Part shown: positions 45,660-53,905 of the stretch, piece by piece
How the letters are laid out: every line of letters begins with the position of its first letter
Numbering within the stretch: position 1 is the first letter of the stretch
DNA from: a virus
Taxonomy: Duplodnaviria; Caudoviricetes
Length of the DNA: 64,000 bases
Reading direction: 5' to 3' (one strand)
IMG/VR virus record: IMGVR_UViG_3300037400_006508
Span: 64,001 to 128,000 of that record
The notes under the pieces: model-generated
The model's database searches: none
Seen by the model: only the letters and a program-made list of their open reading frames with translations
What the model was told of the DNA's origin: nothing
Made by a program: the position numbers and the translations under genes

Positions 45660-46976
45660 ATGAACGAGATCGATGTAACCAGAAGCGACGTCGACCAGCT
45701 GTACAAGCTGGCGTTCCACAGTCGTTCCGGCCTAGAGAAGCAGGCGGACGGCGGAAATCCGTTGTACGGTGCGCTGATAGGCGGTGGTCTGGGGCTTATA
45801 AACCATGCGATAACGCCCAAGGATGAGGACGAGTCCGAGATCGGCAGGCTTCTCAGGCATGTGCTCGGAGGGGCCGCTCTTGGCGGACTCGCCGGATATG
45901 GCGTAGACGCGTTCAAGAGTTCCGGTGTCGGTCGTACCGTAAACAGCGTTGTGTCAGGCGACGATTCCGCCGGCGACAGCAAGCCAACGCAGAACTTACT
46001 AGACGTTCTTGGCCTTGGGAACAAGCCGGCACCGGCGGCCGATTCGTCTTCCGCAAGTGGAGCCGGCGGTGCATCAGCGGGAGGATCTTCATCGGGAGCA
46101 TCCGGCGGTTCGTCCGGAAACGGCGGCCCGTCTTCCGGTGGCGGTTCGTCGCCGGCACCTGCGAAGGAGTATGATCCGAAAAAGTATCCGGAAAACGGAA
46201 ATGCGGGCGAGATTTTCCAGTGGGGGCTGGATAATAAGGTTATTCCGGCAGCTATAACAGGAGTATCCGCAGAGGTAGCTCCAGCGGCCGCCGGTGCTGT
46301 ATTGAAGGCAGACGCGAGGCGTGCGTCGCAAGCTGTCATAGACAGGGCTACAGCTGCTTCGAGGGAACCTGTTTCATTGGAAGTTACAAGGGACCCAACA
46401 ACAGTTACTTTTGATCCGCCTCCGGCGCACGATATTGCGGGTAGAAACATAAATCCAAGGTCTGGCGGAGAAAATCCGCAACAAAGGACGGTAAGGGGCA
46501 GGCACGGCAGCACGGTTACTACAACTGTGACGAATACGGAGCGGTTCAGCGACCTTCTTGATGCATCTAGACAAAATTTAAAAGGCGATAGACTTGTACA
46601 GCATCTTGTAGACAGAGGGTTGATAGATAGAGATATGGTCGATGGACTCCAGAGACTTAGATCTGGCAATAGAGCGGATAGGAGATTTGCTCGCCGTGTA
46701 GTCAGAGACTATGAAAGAGCTGTCGAGAAGGCAAGAAAAATTGAAAGAAGCGTAGATACTGTAGCAAGAAGGGGTACCTGGGGGTCTAAAGCGCGCATTG
46801 GTACAGAACGAACGCTGGGCAAAGTACTAGCTAGTGGATTTCTACGCCATTCGTTGGCTGTTATTGGAGTTGGATACGAATTTTGGACCAATAATCACAT
46901 GTCGCCGACGGGAACTGAAGTTGAAAACGCCTTCGATAAAGCAACGCGTTCGTTCGGTGGAGGAAACGGACTGTAA
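45660..46976 (+). CDS. Glycine-zipper protein with a KxA leader, a Gly/Ser linker and a basic AT-richer C-half
   Basis: LYKLA..LEKQA, then GALIGGGLGLI and VLGGAALGGLAGYG. Confidence 0.7.
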   Translation: MNEIDVTRSDVDQLYKLAFHSRSGLEKQADGGNPLYGALIGGGLGLINHAITPKDEDESEIGRLLRHVLGGAALGGLAGYGVDAFKSSGVGRTVNSVVSGDDSAGDSKPTQNLLDVLGLGNKPAPAADSSSASGAGGASAGGSSSGASGGSSGNGGPSSGGGSSPAPAKEYDPKKYPENGNAGEIFQWGLDNKVIPAAITGVSAEVAPAAAGAVLKADARRASQAVIDRATAASREPVSLEVTRDPTTVTFDPPPAHDIAGRNINPRSGGENPQQRTVRGRHGSTVTTTVTNTERFSDLLDASRQNLKGDRLVQHLVDRGLIDRDMVDGLQRLRSGNRADRRFARRVVRDYERAVEKARKIERSVDTVARRGTWGSKARIGTERTLGKVLASGFLRHSLAVIGVGYEFWTNNHMSPTGTEVENAFDKATRSFGGGNGL

Positions 46977-48394
46977 TGAGCCTTGTAAAACTGATTCATT
47001 CATCGTCCTGGGATCCGACCATAGGAGTCGGCGCAGAAATCGTCAGGCGCGAGGGGGAGCTCAACAAGCAGGCCTCCACGATCTTCGGCAAGGAATACGA
47101 CGAATTGAAGCCGGACGACAAGTCCGTGGGCATACATGTCGTGGCTCTCGGGGACGCCGAGCATTACGGCATGAACAGGAACGGCGACCTGTTCTCCAAG
47201 AAGGCGTGCGTCGAGTACCATCCGACGTTCCTGGACGGATGCGTGTACAGGCACCACAGGAACAAGGATCCGGAGACGCAGGGCATCGGAAAGATCGCCG
47301 CGGCCACGTACAACGAGGACATGGGCCGCGTCGAGCTGTTCATACACGCGGACAAGGAAAAGGCGGCTCCGGAGCTGGAACGCCTAGAAAAGGAGGGCGA
47401 GATCCCGTTCTCCATGGCCTGCGTGGTACCGAACGACCGCTGCTCTATCTGCGGGTCTCTCAGGAAGTCGGCCGGTGACGAGTCCGAGTGCGAGCATGTC
47501 AGGGACCATCTCGGGGAGCAGTGGGACGACGGAAGGAAGGTCGGCACGTTCAACGACCAGCCGAAGTTCTTCGACATCAGCTTCGTCGGTCGCCCCGCGG
47601 ACAGGATCGCCTGGAATCTCAAAGTCGCTTCTGCCCTTGACCTTGATTCCGTGAAGTACGCCGAATACGAGGGAGTGACGGCGCCGGACGATCTAATGGT
47701 GGAAAAGGAGTCCTCCGTCAGGAAGCTCGGATACGCAAGGGATATCGTAGACATGCAGAACTCCTTCCGCGGGTGGTTGACCAAGTCCGCGTCCGTCGTT
47801 ACGGCCAGGGACGGGTATCTTTACGAATTCAGGAAGATCGCCGCGGACTCTCTCGACGATGCCACGTTGTCCAGGCTCAGGGAGCTTCCGGTCAAGTCCG
47901 CCATGTCCATACTTTCCAGACGCGGAATAGTGATGGACGTGCCGACATTCTTCAAGTACGCCACGGGCGACGACTACAAGTCGGTCGTCGAACCGTACAT
48001 GGAGCCGGTAGAACGCACAATTCCACATCTTGTCGAATCGCTTGTTAAGACTTCGTCTGTATCCCCTCTTTGCAACGATGACACTTACGATTCGTACGAT
48101 CCGTCGGTACCCGTTTCCGTTCCATCCGCGTTGGAGTCCATGCTAGCGAAGCATGCGTCCAGCGTGGGTGACAGGATAATGGATGCGACTATGGACGATT
48201 CCGTCTGCCGGCCTGTGTACTTTGTTGACACGAAAGCGGATAAATGCGTAAATGGTGGCGTCGTGCAGAAGCTGGCTTCTGCGTATCTTTCTTATCAGCT
48301 TTCCGCGATAGACGCGGTAGTGAACGGCCATAGTGGCATCAGCAAAACAGACGCGGAGGCGCTGGCTTCCGTAAACAACCTACAAAAGAAGTAA
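46976..48394 (+). CDS. Prohead maturation protease (HK97/assemblin-like serine protease with a Zn-binding insertion)
   Basis: NRNGDLF, YRHH, FSMACVVPNDRCSICG, FFDISFVGRPAD; lies directly upstream of the scaffold and capsid genes. Confidence 0.78.
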   Translation: MSLVKLIHSSSWDPTIGVGAEIVRREGELNKQASTIFGKEYDELKPDDKSVGIHVVALGDAEHYGMNRNGDLFSKKACVEYHPTFLDGCVYRHHRNKDPETQGIGKIAAATYNEDMGRVELFIHADKEKAAPELERLEKEGEIPFSMACVVPNDRCSICGSLRKSAGDESECEHVRDHLGEQWDDGRKVGTFNDQPKFFDISFVGRPADRIAWNLKVASALDLDSVKYAEYEGVTAPDDLMVEKESSVRKLGYARDIVDMQNSFRGWLTKSASVVTARDGYLYEFRKIAADSLDDATLSRLRELPVKSAMSILSRRGIVMDVPTFFKYATGDDYKSVVEPYMEPVERTIPHLVESLVKTSSVSPLCNDDTYDSYDPSVPVSVPSALESMLAKHASSVGDRIMDATMDDSVCRPVYFVDTKADKCVNGGVVQKLASAYLSYQLSAIDAVVNGHSGISKTDAEALASVNNLQKK

Positions 48395-48398
48395 CCAC

Positions 48399-49580
48399 AT
48401 GGCTACACTGATCAGAGACCTGATGAACCAGGTAGAGGCTTTCTGCAAGGAGGCCGGAGAGCGCGAATCCGAGAACATCACCGGACAGGATCCGGACTCG
48501 ATGCCCGGTTCCGAGAACGACAAGAACATCCCCGAGGGCGCTACCAAGGACGATCCGAAGGTGAAGGACGAGACCATCAACAACACGGACGCCCGCAACC
48601 TGGATGGCGCTACGCCTGGATCCGACGCCCCAGTAGTCGAAAAGGGGCTCGAGTCGTCCGAGGCTGTGCTCAATCCCGACAAGAAGCCCCTCGACACGGC
48701 CGATGCCAACGCCAAGGAGGCGTCCGCGCTCGGCAACAACCTCGTCAGCATGATCCTCGGCGCCAAGAAGGCCGCCGCAGAAAAGAAGGCCGCAGAGGAG
48801 AAGAAGGCGGCTCCGGCCGAGAAGAAGGCCGAGCCCTCCGCCAAGATCACCGTCGACATGGCCATGATGGCCAAGATCGCCGCGATCACCCTTGCGGACG
48901 AGGAGGGCCAGCTCGCCGTACAGTCGGCTCTGACAAAGAGGGCCGGTGCAGAGTTTGCGGCAGAGGTGTTCGGCATCCTGGAGAAGCGCGCAGCCGAGGA
49001 GAGGGCCCGCTACGAGTTCGAAAAGGGCGCGCAGGACGCGGAGGCAATGATCGGAGACCTGCAGGAGGCGCAGGGCGCAGCAGATGCGGAAGCAGCTTTG
49101 GCTGGAGCCGCCGATGCCGCACCAGCGGAGCCTGCAATGGGAGCCGACGAGGCAGCAGCGGCGCTTAATGACTTTTCGGCCGACGAGGTCGCAGAGGCCG
49201 TCCAGGAGCTTGCCGACGAGGGACAGATCGATCCGGCGACAGCCCAGCAGGTCGCAGAGGCCGTACAGGGTGCCGCAGCCGCGGAAGGCGCATCGACGGA
49301 TGTTTCTGAGGATGATCTTGCCGACGCCCTTACCGAGGCAATCGATTCTGGCGAGCTTACCGTAGAGGATGCGCAGGCCCTTATCTCTTCTCTTTCCGAA
49401 GGTGCGTCCGATGGCGCGGCCGTCGAGGAGCTGAAGAGCGATGTGGCAGGCGACGCCGCACCGGCGGAGGCTGCTCCGGAGGAGTCACCCGAGGCCGAGA
49501 AGGCGGCTGCGGTGAAGAAGGCCGCGGCGAAGGAGATGGCGACCAAGCTCGTGGACGCCATCAAGAGCATGAAGAAGTAA
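48399..49580 (+). CDS. Putative scaffolding protein
   Basis: Acidic, Ala-rich and helical; between protease and capsid; many KxA motifs. Confidence 0.65.
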   Translation: MATLIRDLMNQVEAFCKEAGERESENITGQDPDSMPGSENDKNIPEGATKDDPKVKDETINNTDARNLDGATPGSDAPVVEKGLESSEAVLNPDKKPLDTADANAKEASALGNNLVSMILGAKKAAAEKKAAEEKKAAPAEKKAEPSAKITVDMAMMAKIAAITLADEEGQLAVQSALTKRAGAEFAAEVFGILEKRAAEERARYEFEKGAQDAEAMIGDLQEAQGAADAEAALAGAADAAPAEPAMGADEAAAALNDFSADEVAEAVQELADEGQIDPATAQQVAEAVQGAAAAEGASTDVSEDDLADALTEAIDSGELTVEDAQALISSLSEGASDGAAVEELKSDVAGDAAPAEAAPEESPEAEKAAAVKKAAAKEMATKLVDAIKSMKK

Positions 49581-49589
49581 TAGGCTGCA

Positions 49590-49973
49590 ATGGACAAGGA
49601 CTACGATACGCTCGCTGAGAAGGTCGCCGAGTATATCGGCGTCGTCCAGCCGCAGCTCGACGAGCTCGAGAATCTTCGCAAGTCGGCCGCCGAAAGGAAG
49701 GCCGGCTTCGCGAAGAAGGCGACGGAGGCCCTCACGCTTCTTGCGGACGAGGGCCTCATGTCGCGCAACGACGTTTCCGCATGGGTCGACAAGTCCGCGG
49801 AGGACCCGTCGTCTGTGTGGGACCTTGTGACCAAGGTCGCATCGGCCGTGAAGCCGTCAGACATCGGCCACAGGTCAGACGAGAAAACAGCTTCCGCCAC
49901 GCCCCGGGATCCCTGGGAGCGCGAGTTCGGCGGCTACAGTAACAACAGTGCCGACAACGGCATGATTGACTAA
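49590..49973 (+). CDS. Small KxA-rich head assembly protein
   Basis: KVA, KSA, KKA, KSA, KVA and KTA within 127 aa. Confidence 0.6.
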   Translation: MDKDYDTLAEKVAEYIGVVQPQLDELENLRKSAAERKAGFAKKATEALTLLADEGLMSRNDVSAWVDKSAEDPSSVWDLVTKVASAVKPSDIGHRSDEKTASATPRDPWEREFGGYSNNSADNGMID

Positions 49974-49988
49974 ACAGGAGACAAACAC

Positions 49989-50549
49989 ATGGCACACCTG
50001 AGCCCCCTGAAGGGAGGATTCCCTCACAAGGACCAGCACGACCGCAGCGCGCTTGTCACCACCGACGAAGCCTCGAAGGCTATCGAGCGTGGCACCATCA
50101 TCTGCGTGAACGAGGACGGACGCTTCCAGATTGCGGCTGATACTTCGATCCAGCCCCTGTACATCGCGCTCCAGGACTACGACGACCTCCAGGCCGTCTT
50201 CGCCGGAACGTTCTCGATCGGAAAGGGCGAGGCCGTCGACGGCGCGACCGGAACGCATACGCTCGCGCAGCATCCCGACGTGTCGCTCAACGCCCCGAAG
50301 ATCACCGGCATCCACATGGACGACGGCGATGTCTGGGAGACCGACATGTTCGACGAGAAGGCCGAGTACAAGATCGGCGCTCCCCTCACCGTCAAGGACG
50401 GCCTCGTGACCGCCGCCGGTGAGAACGACGACGTGGTCGGATACGTCTACAAGGAGCCGTACACCCGTTACGCGAACGACGCCGTCGTTCTCGCCGGCAT
50501 GATGACCGGTGGAATGATCCGCGTGATCGCCTACCAGTGCGGCAAGTAA
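49989..50549 (+). CDS. Putative head decoration / capsid-stabilising protein
   Basis: Immediately upstream of the MCP; strongly biased codon usage; YKIGAPLTVKDG...VVGYV beta pattern. Confidence 0.6.
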   Translation: MAHLSPLKGGFPHKDQHDRSALVTTDEASKAIERGTIICVNEDGRFQIAADTSIQPLYIALQDYDDLQAVFAGTFSIGKGEAVDGATGTHTLAQHPDVSLNAPKITGIHMDDGDVWETDMFDEKAEYKIGAPLTVKDGLVTAAGENDDVVGYVYKEPYTRYANDAVVLAGMMTGGMIRVIAYQCGK

Positions 50550-50567
50550 GGAGAGGAGACCACAGAA

Positions 50568-51542
50568 ATGGAAACCCAGAACGTCAGCATAATCAACTCC
50601 CAGATCCTGGAGAGCCTGAAGAACGACGACGCCGCCACCTTCGAGAAGAAGGCGCAGGCCGCCGCCACGAACTACACCCGCATCCAGGTCCGCGAAGGCT
50701 CGTTCGCCTTCAAGGTCCTCCCGCCCGAGAAGGCGACGGACGAGATGCTCAAGTACGACCTGACCGAACACCTCGGCGTCGTATGGGAGCGCGAGCCCGA
50801 TTCGCCCGCGGCGAAGTGGGTCCCGCTCGAGACGGTGCCGGACGGCGAGTACATCAAGTCGTCCCGCTACATCATTCCGTTCGCCCGCGTGCTCACGCCC
50901 GACTTCCGCAAGGACATCGCCGAGCTCCGCACGACCCGCCAGGACATCAGGAAGATCCTCACGGACAACTCCATCAAGGACGGCCTCGCCGAGATCGACT
51001 CCAAGTTCATCTACACGGTCAACTCGATCGTGTTCGACGCGGACGCCGCCGGCAAGCCCAACCACATGTCCGGCAAGGTCCAGTGGATGGACTTCGAGGA
51101 TCCGCTCAACCGCGACACGTTCGCGGAGGCGACCAAGATGCTTCCGTCCGGCAACGCCGAGGGCAAGTTCGTCAACCGCAACTACTGCTGCCTGATGAAC
51201 GAGATCACGGCCCGCGACCTGCTCAAGCTCGATCGCACCGCGGTCGGCGGCGACAAGGCCCAGGACTTCTTCCTGAACGGCCTCACCACGGACACCGTCA
51301 TGGGACTGAAGTGCCTCTTCACGATCAAGAACCATCTGGTTCCCACGAACTGGATCTACTTCTTCGCGGAGCCCGACTTCCTCGGAAAGTGCTTCTACCT
51401 CGACGACTGGACGATGTACGTCAAGAAGGAGGCGTACTTCATCTCCATGTTCTCGTACTGGATGGGCGGCTTCGCCTTCGGCAACACCGCAGGCATGGCG
51501 CTCGCCAGGTTCAACGTGGACGCGGACGAGTCGAACACGTAG
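50568..51542 (+). CDS. Major capsid protein
   Basis: 324 aa with the strongest codon bias in the window; strong RBS; follows protease, scaffold and decoration genes and precedes a stable hairpin; N-terminal 29 aa end in KKA. Confidence 0.8.
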   Translation: METQNVSIINSQILESLKNDDAATFEKKAQAAATNYTRIQVREGSFAFKVLPPEKATDEMLKYDLTEHLGVVWEREPDSPAAKWVPLETVPDGEYIKSSRYIIPFARVLTPDFRKDIAELRTTRQDIRKILTDNSIKDGLAEIDSKFIYTVNSIVFDADAAGKPNHMSGKVQWMDFEDPLNRDTFAEATKMLPSGNAEGKFVNRNYCCLMNEITARDLLKLDRTAVGGDKAQDFFLNGLTTDTVMGLKCLFTIKNHLVPTNWIYFFAEPDFLGKCFYLDDWTMYVKKEAYFISMFSYWMGGFAFGNTAGMALARFNVDADESNT

Positions 51543-51550
51543 CCAGGAAA

Positions 51551-51584
51551 CCCCGCACCGGTTCCACACGGGGCCGGTGCGGGG
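51551..51584 (+). terminator. Strong GC-rich hairpin after the MCP (terminator or mRNA stabiliser)
   Basis: CCCCGCACCGG-TTCC-ACAC-GGGG-CCGGTGCGGGG; no immediate U-tract. Confidence 0.6.
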
Positions 51585-51615
51585 GACCCCTACCCGTTCA
51601 ACGGAGGCTTTTTGC

Positions 51616-51960
51616 ATGCATCCGAAGCTTGCGGAGTACAGAAAGTCCATTAGATCGAATCCCGATGCATTCGTGCAGGGGATTCGTTCTTTTTGCAAGA
51701 CGGCCCAGTACAAGGAAGAGGAGAAGAGCCTATTCGACAAGATATTGCCGTGGGCTCTCGCCATCGGCGGAGGGTATCTAGCGCTCAAGGGCGGAGAGTA
51801 CTGGGGAAGGCACGCGCATGCTACAAATAACCAAAACGGACCTGTAAAGGGACCGATCGTAGGCTTCCTGAAGGCGCTTCTTCCAAAGGGGAAAAAGCCA
51901 AAGGAACCCGCGGATCCGACGGTGCCTTGGTCCATCGCCACGGGCGGCGGATACTATTGA
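51616..51960 (+). CDS. Small membrane protein with a leader ending FCKTA
   Basis: ATG at 51616; AFVQGIRSFCKTA; WALAIGGGYLAL. Confidence 0.62.
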   Translation: MHPKLAEYRKSIRSNPDAFVQGIRSFCKTAQYKEEEKSLFDKILPWALAIGGGYLALKGGEYWGRHAHATNNQNGPVKGPIVGFLKALLPKGKKPKEPADPTVPWSIATGGGYY

Positions 51961-51961
51961 C

Positions 51962-52393
51962 ATGCCCAATCCGAAGGGAAGCGACACCTACCTGACGGAC
52001 ATTGACGTCAGGATATGGCTCCGGGACAACGATCCCGAGGCCAACAAGCTTCTTGACGACTACGAGTTTTCGCCGGAGGAGATACGTACGGCGATGACGC
52101 TTACGGTGGACTACTGGAACGACCAGCCACCATATATAAGGTCTTACGACTATGACAAGTTCCCGTTCAGATCGCAGCTTCTTACGGGGACTGCCGCGAA
52201 TCTTCTTTTCATAGCGGCGAACAGGTACAGGAGGGACTCTCTCCAGTACAGCGCCGGAGGCCTGACCGTACAGGATCAGGAGAAATACCAGCAGTACGAC
52301 ATGGCCGGGGACAGGCTGTGGGCGCAATACAAGGACTGGGCTATAAGGAACAAGCGTTCGTTGAACGCTGAAAACGGGTTTGCGACACTATGA
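51962..52393 (+). CDS. Putative head-tail adaptor (neck) protein
   Basis: Position after the MCP; helical 143 aa with YSAGGLTV. Confidence 0.6.
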   Translation: MPNPKGSDTYLTDIDVRIWLRDNDPEANKLLDDYEFSPEEIRTAMTLTVDYWNDQPPYIRSYDYDKFPFRSQLLTGTAANLLFIAANRYRRDSLQYSAGGLTVQDQEKYQQYDMAGDRLWAQYKDWAIRNKRSLNAENGFATL

Positions 52394-53187
52394 ACGACCC
52401 GGCCATAGCCAGGTTCGACGTTCTGCCCGACTACGGTCGCGGTTTCGTGTTCCATTGGAGGATGAGGGGCGGTTTCAACGACCCATCACCGTGGGAGTTC
52501 CGTATCCAGATGGCGCCTACGCAGGAGGGCGAATGGAAAGACGTCTCCCCTGTTATAGTTGATTCCATGTCGTATAAGTCCAAAGGATCGCTTCGCGTCA
52601 ACAAGAGCGATATACTGTTTTTCAGGCTATTTTGCCATACTCCGCGTGGAGACTACTTCACAGAGGCGAGGACTCCGTACGGGGACCTTTCACGGAGCGA
52701 GTTCCTTCTAGCCAGGGAGGTTATGCGCAAGGAGGTTTTGCACATGCGCGGAATGGCCGGCGTAGAGTGCGACGTATGGAGCGTGTCGAACTTTGGTCCA
52801 AGGTGCATGCATTGCCTGGACCCGGTTACGGGCCATACCAGGGACAGCCACTGCAAGTTCTGCTTCGGTACGGGGTTCTACCCGGCTTACCGTGGACCTT
52901 TCCGCGTGTGGTGCATGTTCTCCGAGAACAACCAGCACAAGGTTTCCGAAGGCAACGAGGGCAACGGCGTCGATGAAGAAAAGCGCTTCTCCGTCAGGAT
53001 GGTAAGTTCCATTCCTACAAAGAAGAACGACATATTGCACGATGTACGTTCCGGCAAGAGGTACTACGTCGGTGCGTCGGAGGTTGCTGCGGAGCTAAGG
53101 AGAGTGCCAATCGTGCAGACGCTTGACGTCAGTGAAATAGCGACAAGCGACGCCGCTTATTCAGTGGGGGTGCGTCATGGCGCTTGA
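52390..53187 (+). CDS. Putative head closure/neck protein with a Zn finger
   Basis: GPRCMHCLDPVTG...CKFCFGTGF; DILHDVRSGKRYYV. Confidence 0.55.
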   Translation: MNDPAIARFDVLPDYGRGFVFHWRMRGGFNDPSPWEFRIQMAPTQEGEWKDVSPVIVDSMSYKSKGSLRVNKSDILFFRLFCHTPRGDYFTEARTPYGDLSRSEFLLAREVMRKEVLHMRGMAGVECDVWSVSNFGPRCMHCLDPVTGHTRDSHCKFCFGTGFYPAYRGPFRVWCMFSENNQHKVSEGNEGNGVDEEKRFSVRMVSSIPTKKNDILHDVRSGKRYYVGASEVAAELRRVPIVQTLDVSEIATSDAAYSVGVRHGA

Positions 53188-53905
53188 GCTCAAGGTTTCG
53201 CCGGAGGAGACGCATGATGTCCATGAACTTGCAGGTCACGAGTTGATCTGCGAGCTCAGGAAGACTAGCATGGTTCTGTATGGTATGTTCGTAGAACTTG
53301 TACGGAAGTTTTACAGGTTCGAGTCTCCATATATCATCGGGTGCCCCGACATCAAATGGGATCCCGATCCGCAGAATACCGGGATATGGATAGACTCGGA
53401 GTTGAACTGGAATCCTGAACATCCGGAGTTCGTTCCGGCCGTATACGTGAAACTTGGCGGAATAGAGTACGGAAGCATATTCGGTCCCGGCGCACCAACG
53501 CCCAGTGGGATGGTGCTTAAGGATGCCATATACAAGAGATCGAGGATCGGAAGGACGAACGTTACGTTCGTTCATGTCGGAGGGACGGCCGGAGAGGCGT
53601 GCACGCTGTGTGACAACACAAGATCGTATCTATCCGATTTTGGTCCTGTGGTAGCGAGGGATTTGATACTTACGAAATTTTACGAGGCGCAAGCGGTTCC
53701 GCTTCAGCCGTACAAGCCCGATTCGAAGGAAAAGTGGAAAAGTTCCGTGACTTATGCTGTAGAATGGGCTGAGGAAACACTCTTGAAGCTAGAGTCCCCG
53801 ATCCTACGGGCGGTAGACTTCGATGCTTTACAAGAACACAGAAAGTATGGTTTACTGTCTGCAAGGAAGGGTAAACCAGACCAACACTTAGGAGAACAAA
53901 GATAA
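53177..53905 (+). CDS. Putative tail terminator/completion protein
   Basis: Directly upstream of the sheath; FVPAVYVKLG. Confidence 0.5.
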   Translation: MALELKVSPEETHDVHELAGHELICELRKTSMVLYGMFVELVRKFYRFESPYIIGCPDIKWDPDPQNTGIWIDSELNWNPEHPEFVPAVYVKLGGIEYGSIFGPGAPTPSGMVLKDAIYKRSRIGRTNVTFVHVGGTAGEACTLCDNTRSYLSDFGPVVARDLILTKFYEAQAVPLQPYKPDSKEKWKSSVTYAVEWAEETLLKLESPILRAVDFDALQEHRKYGLLSARKGKPDQHLGEQR

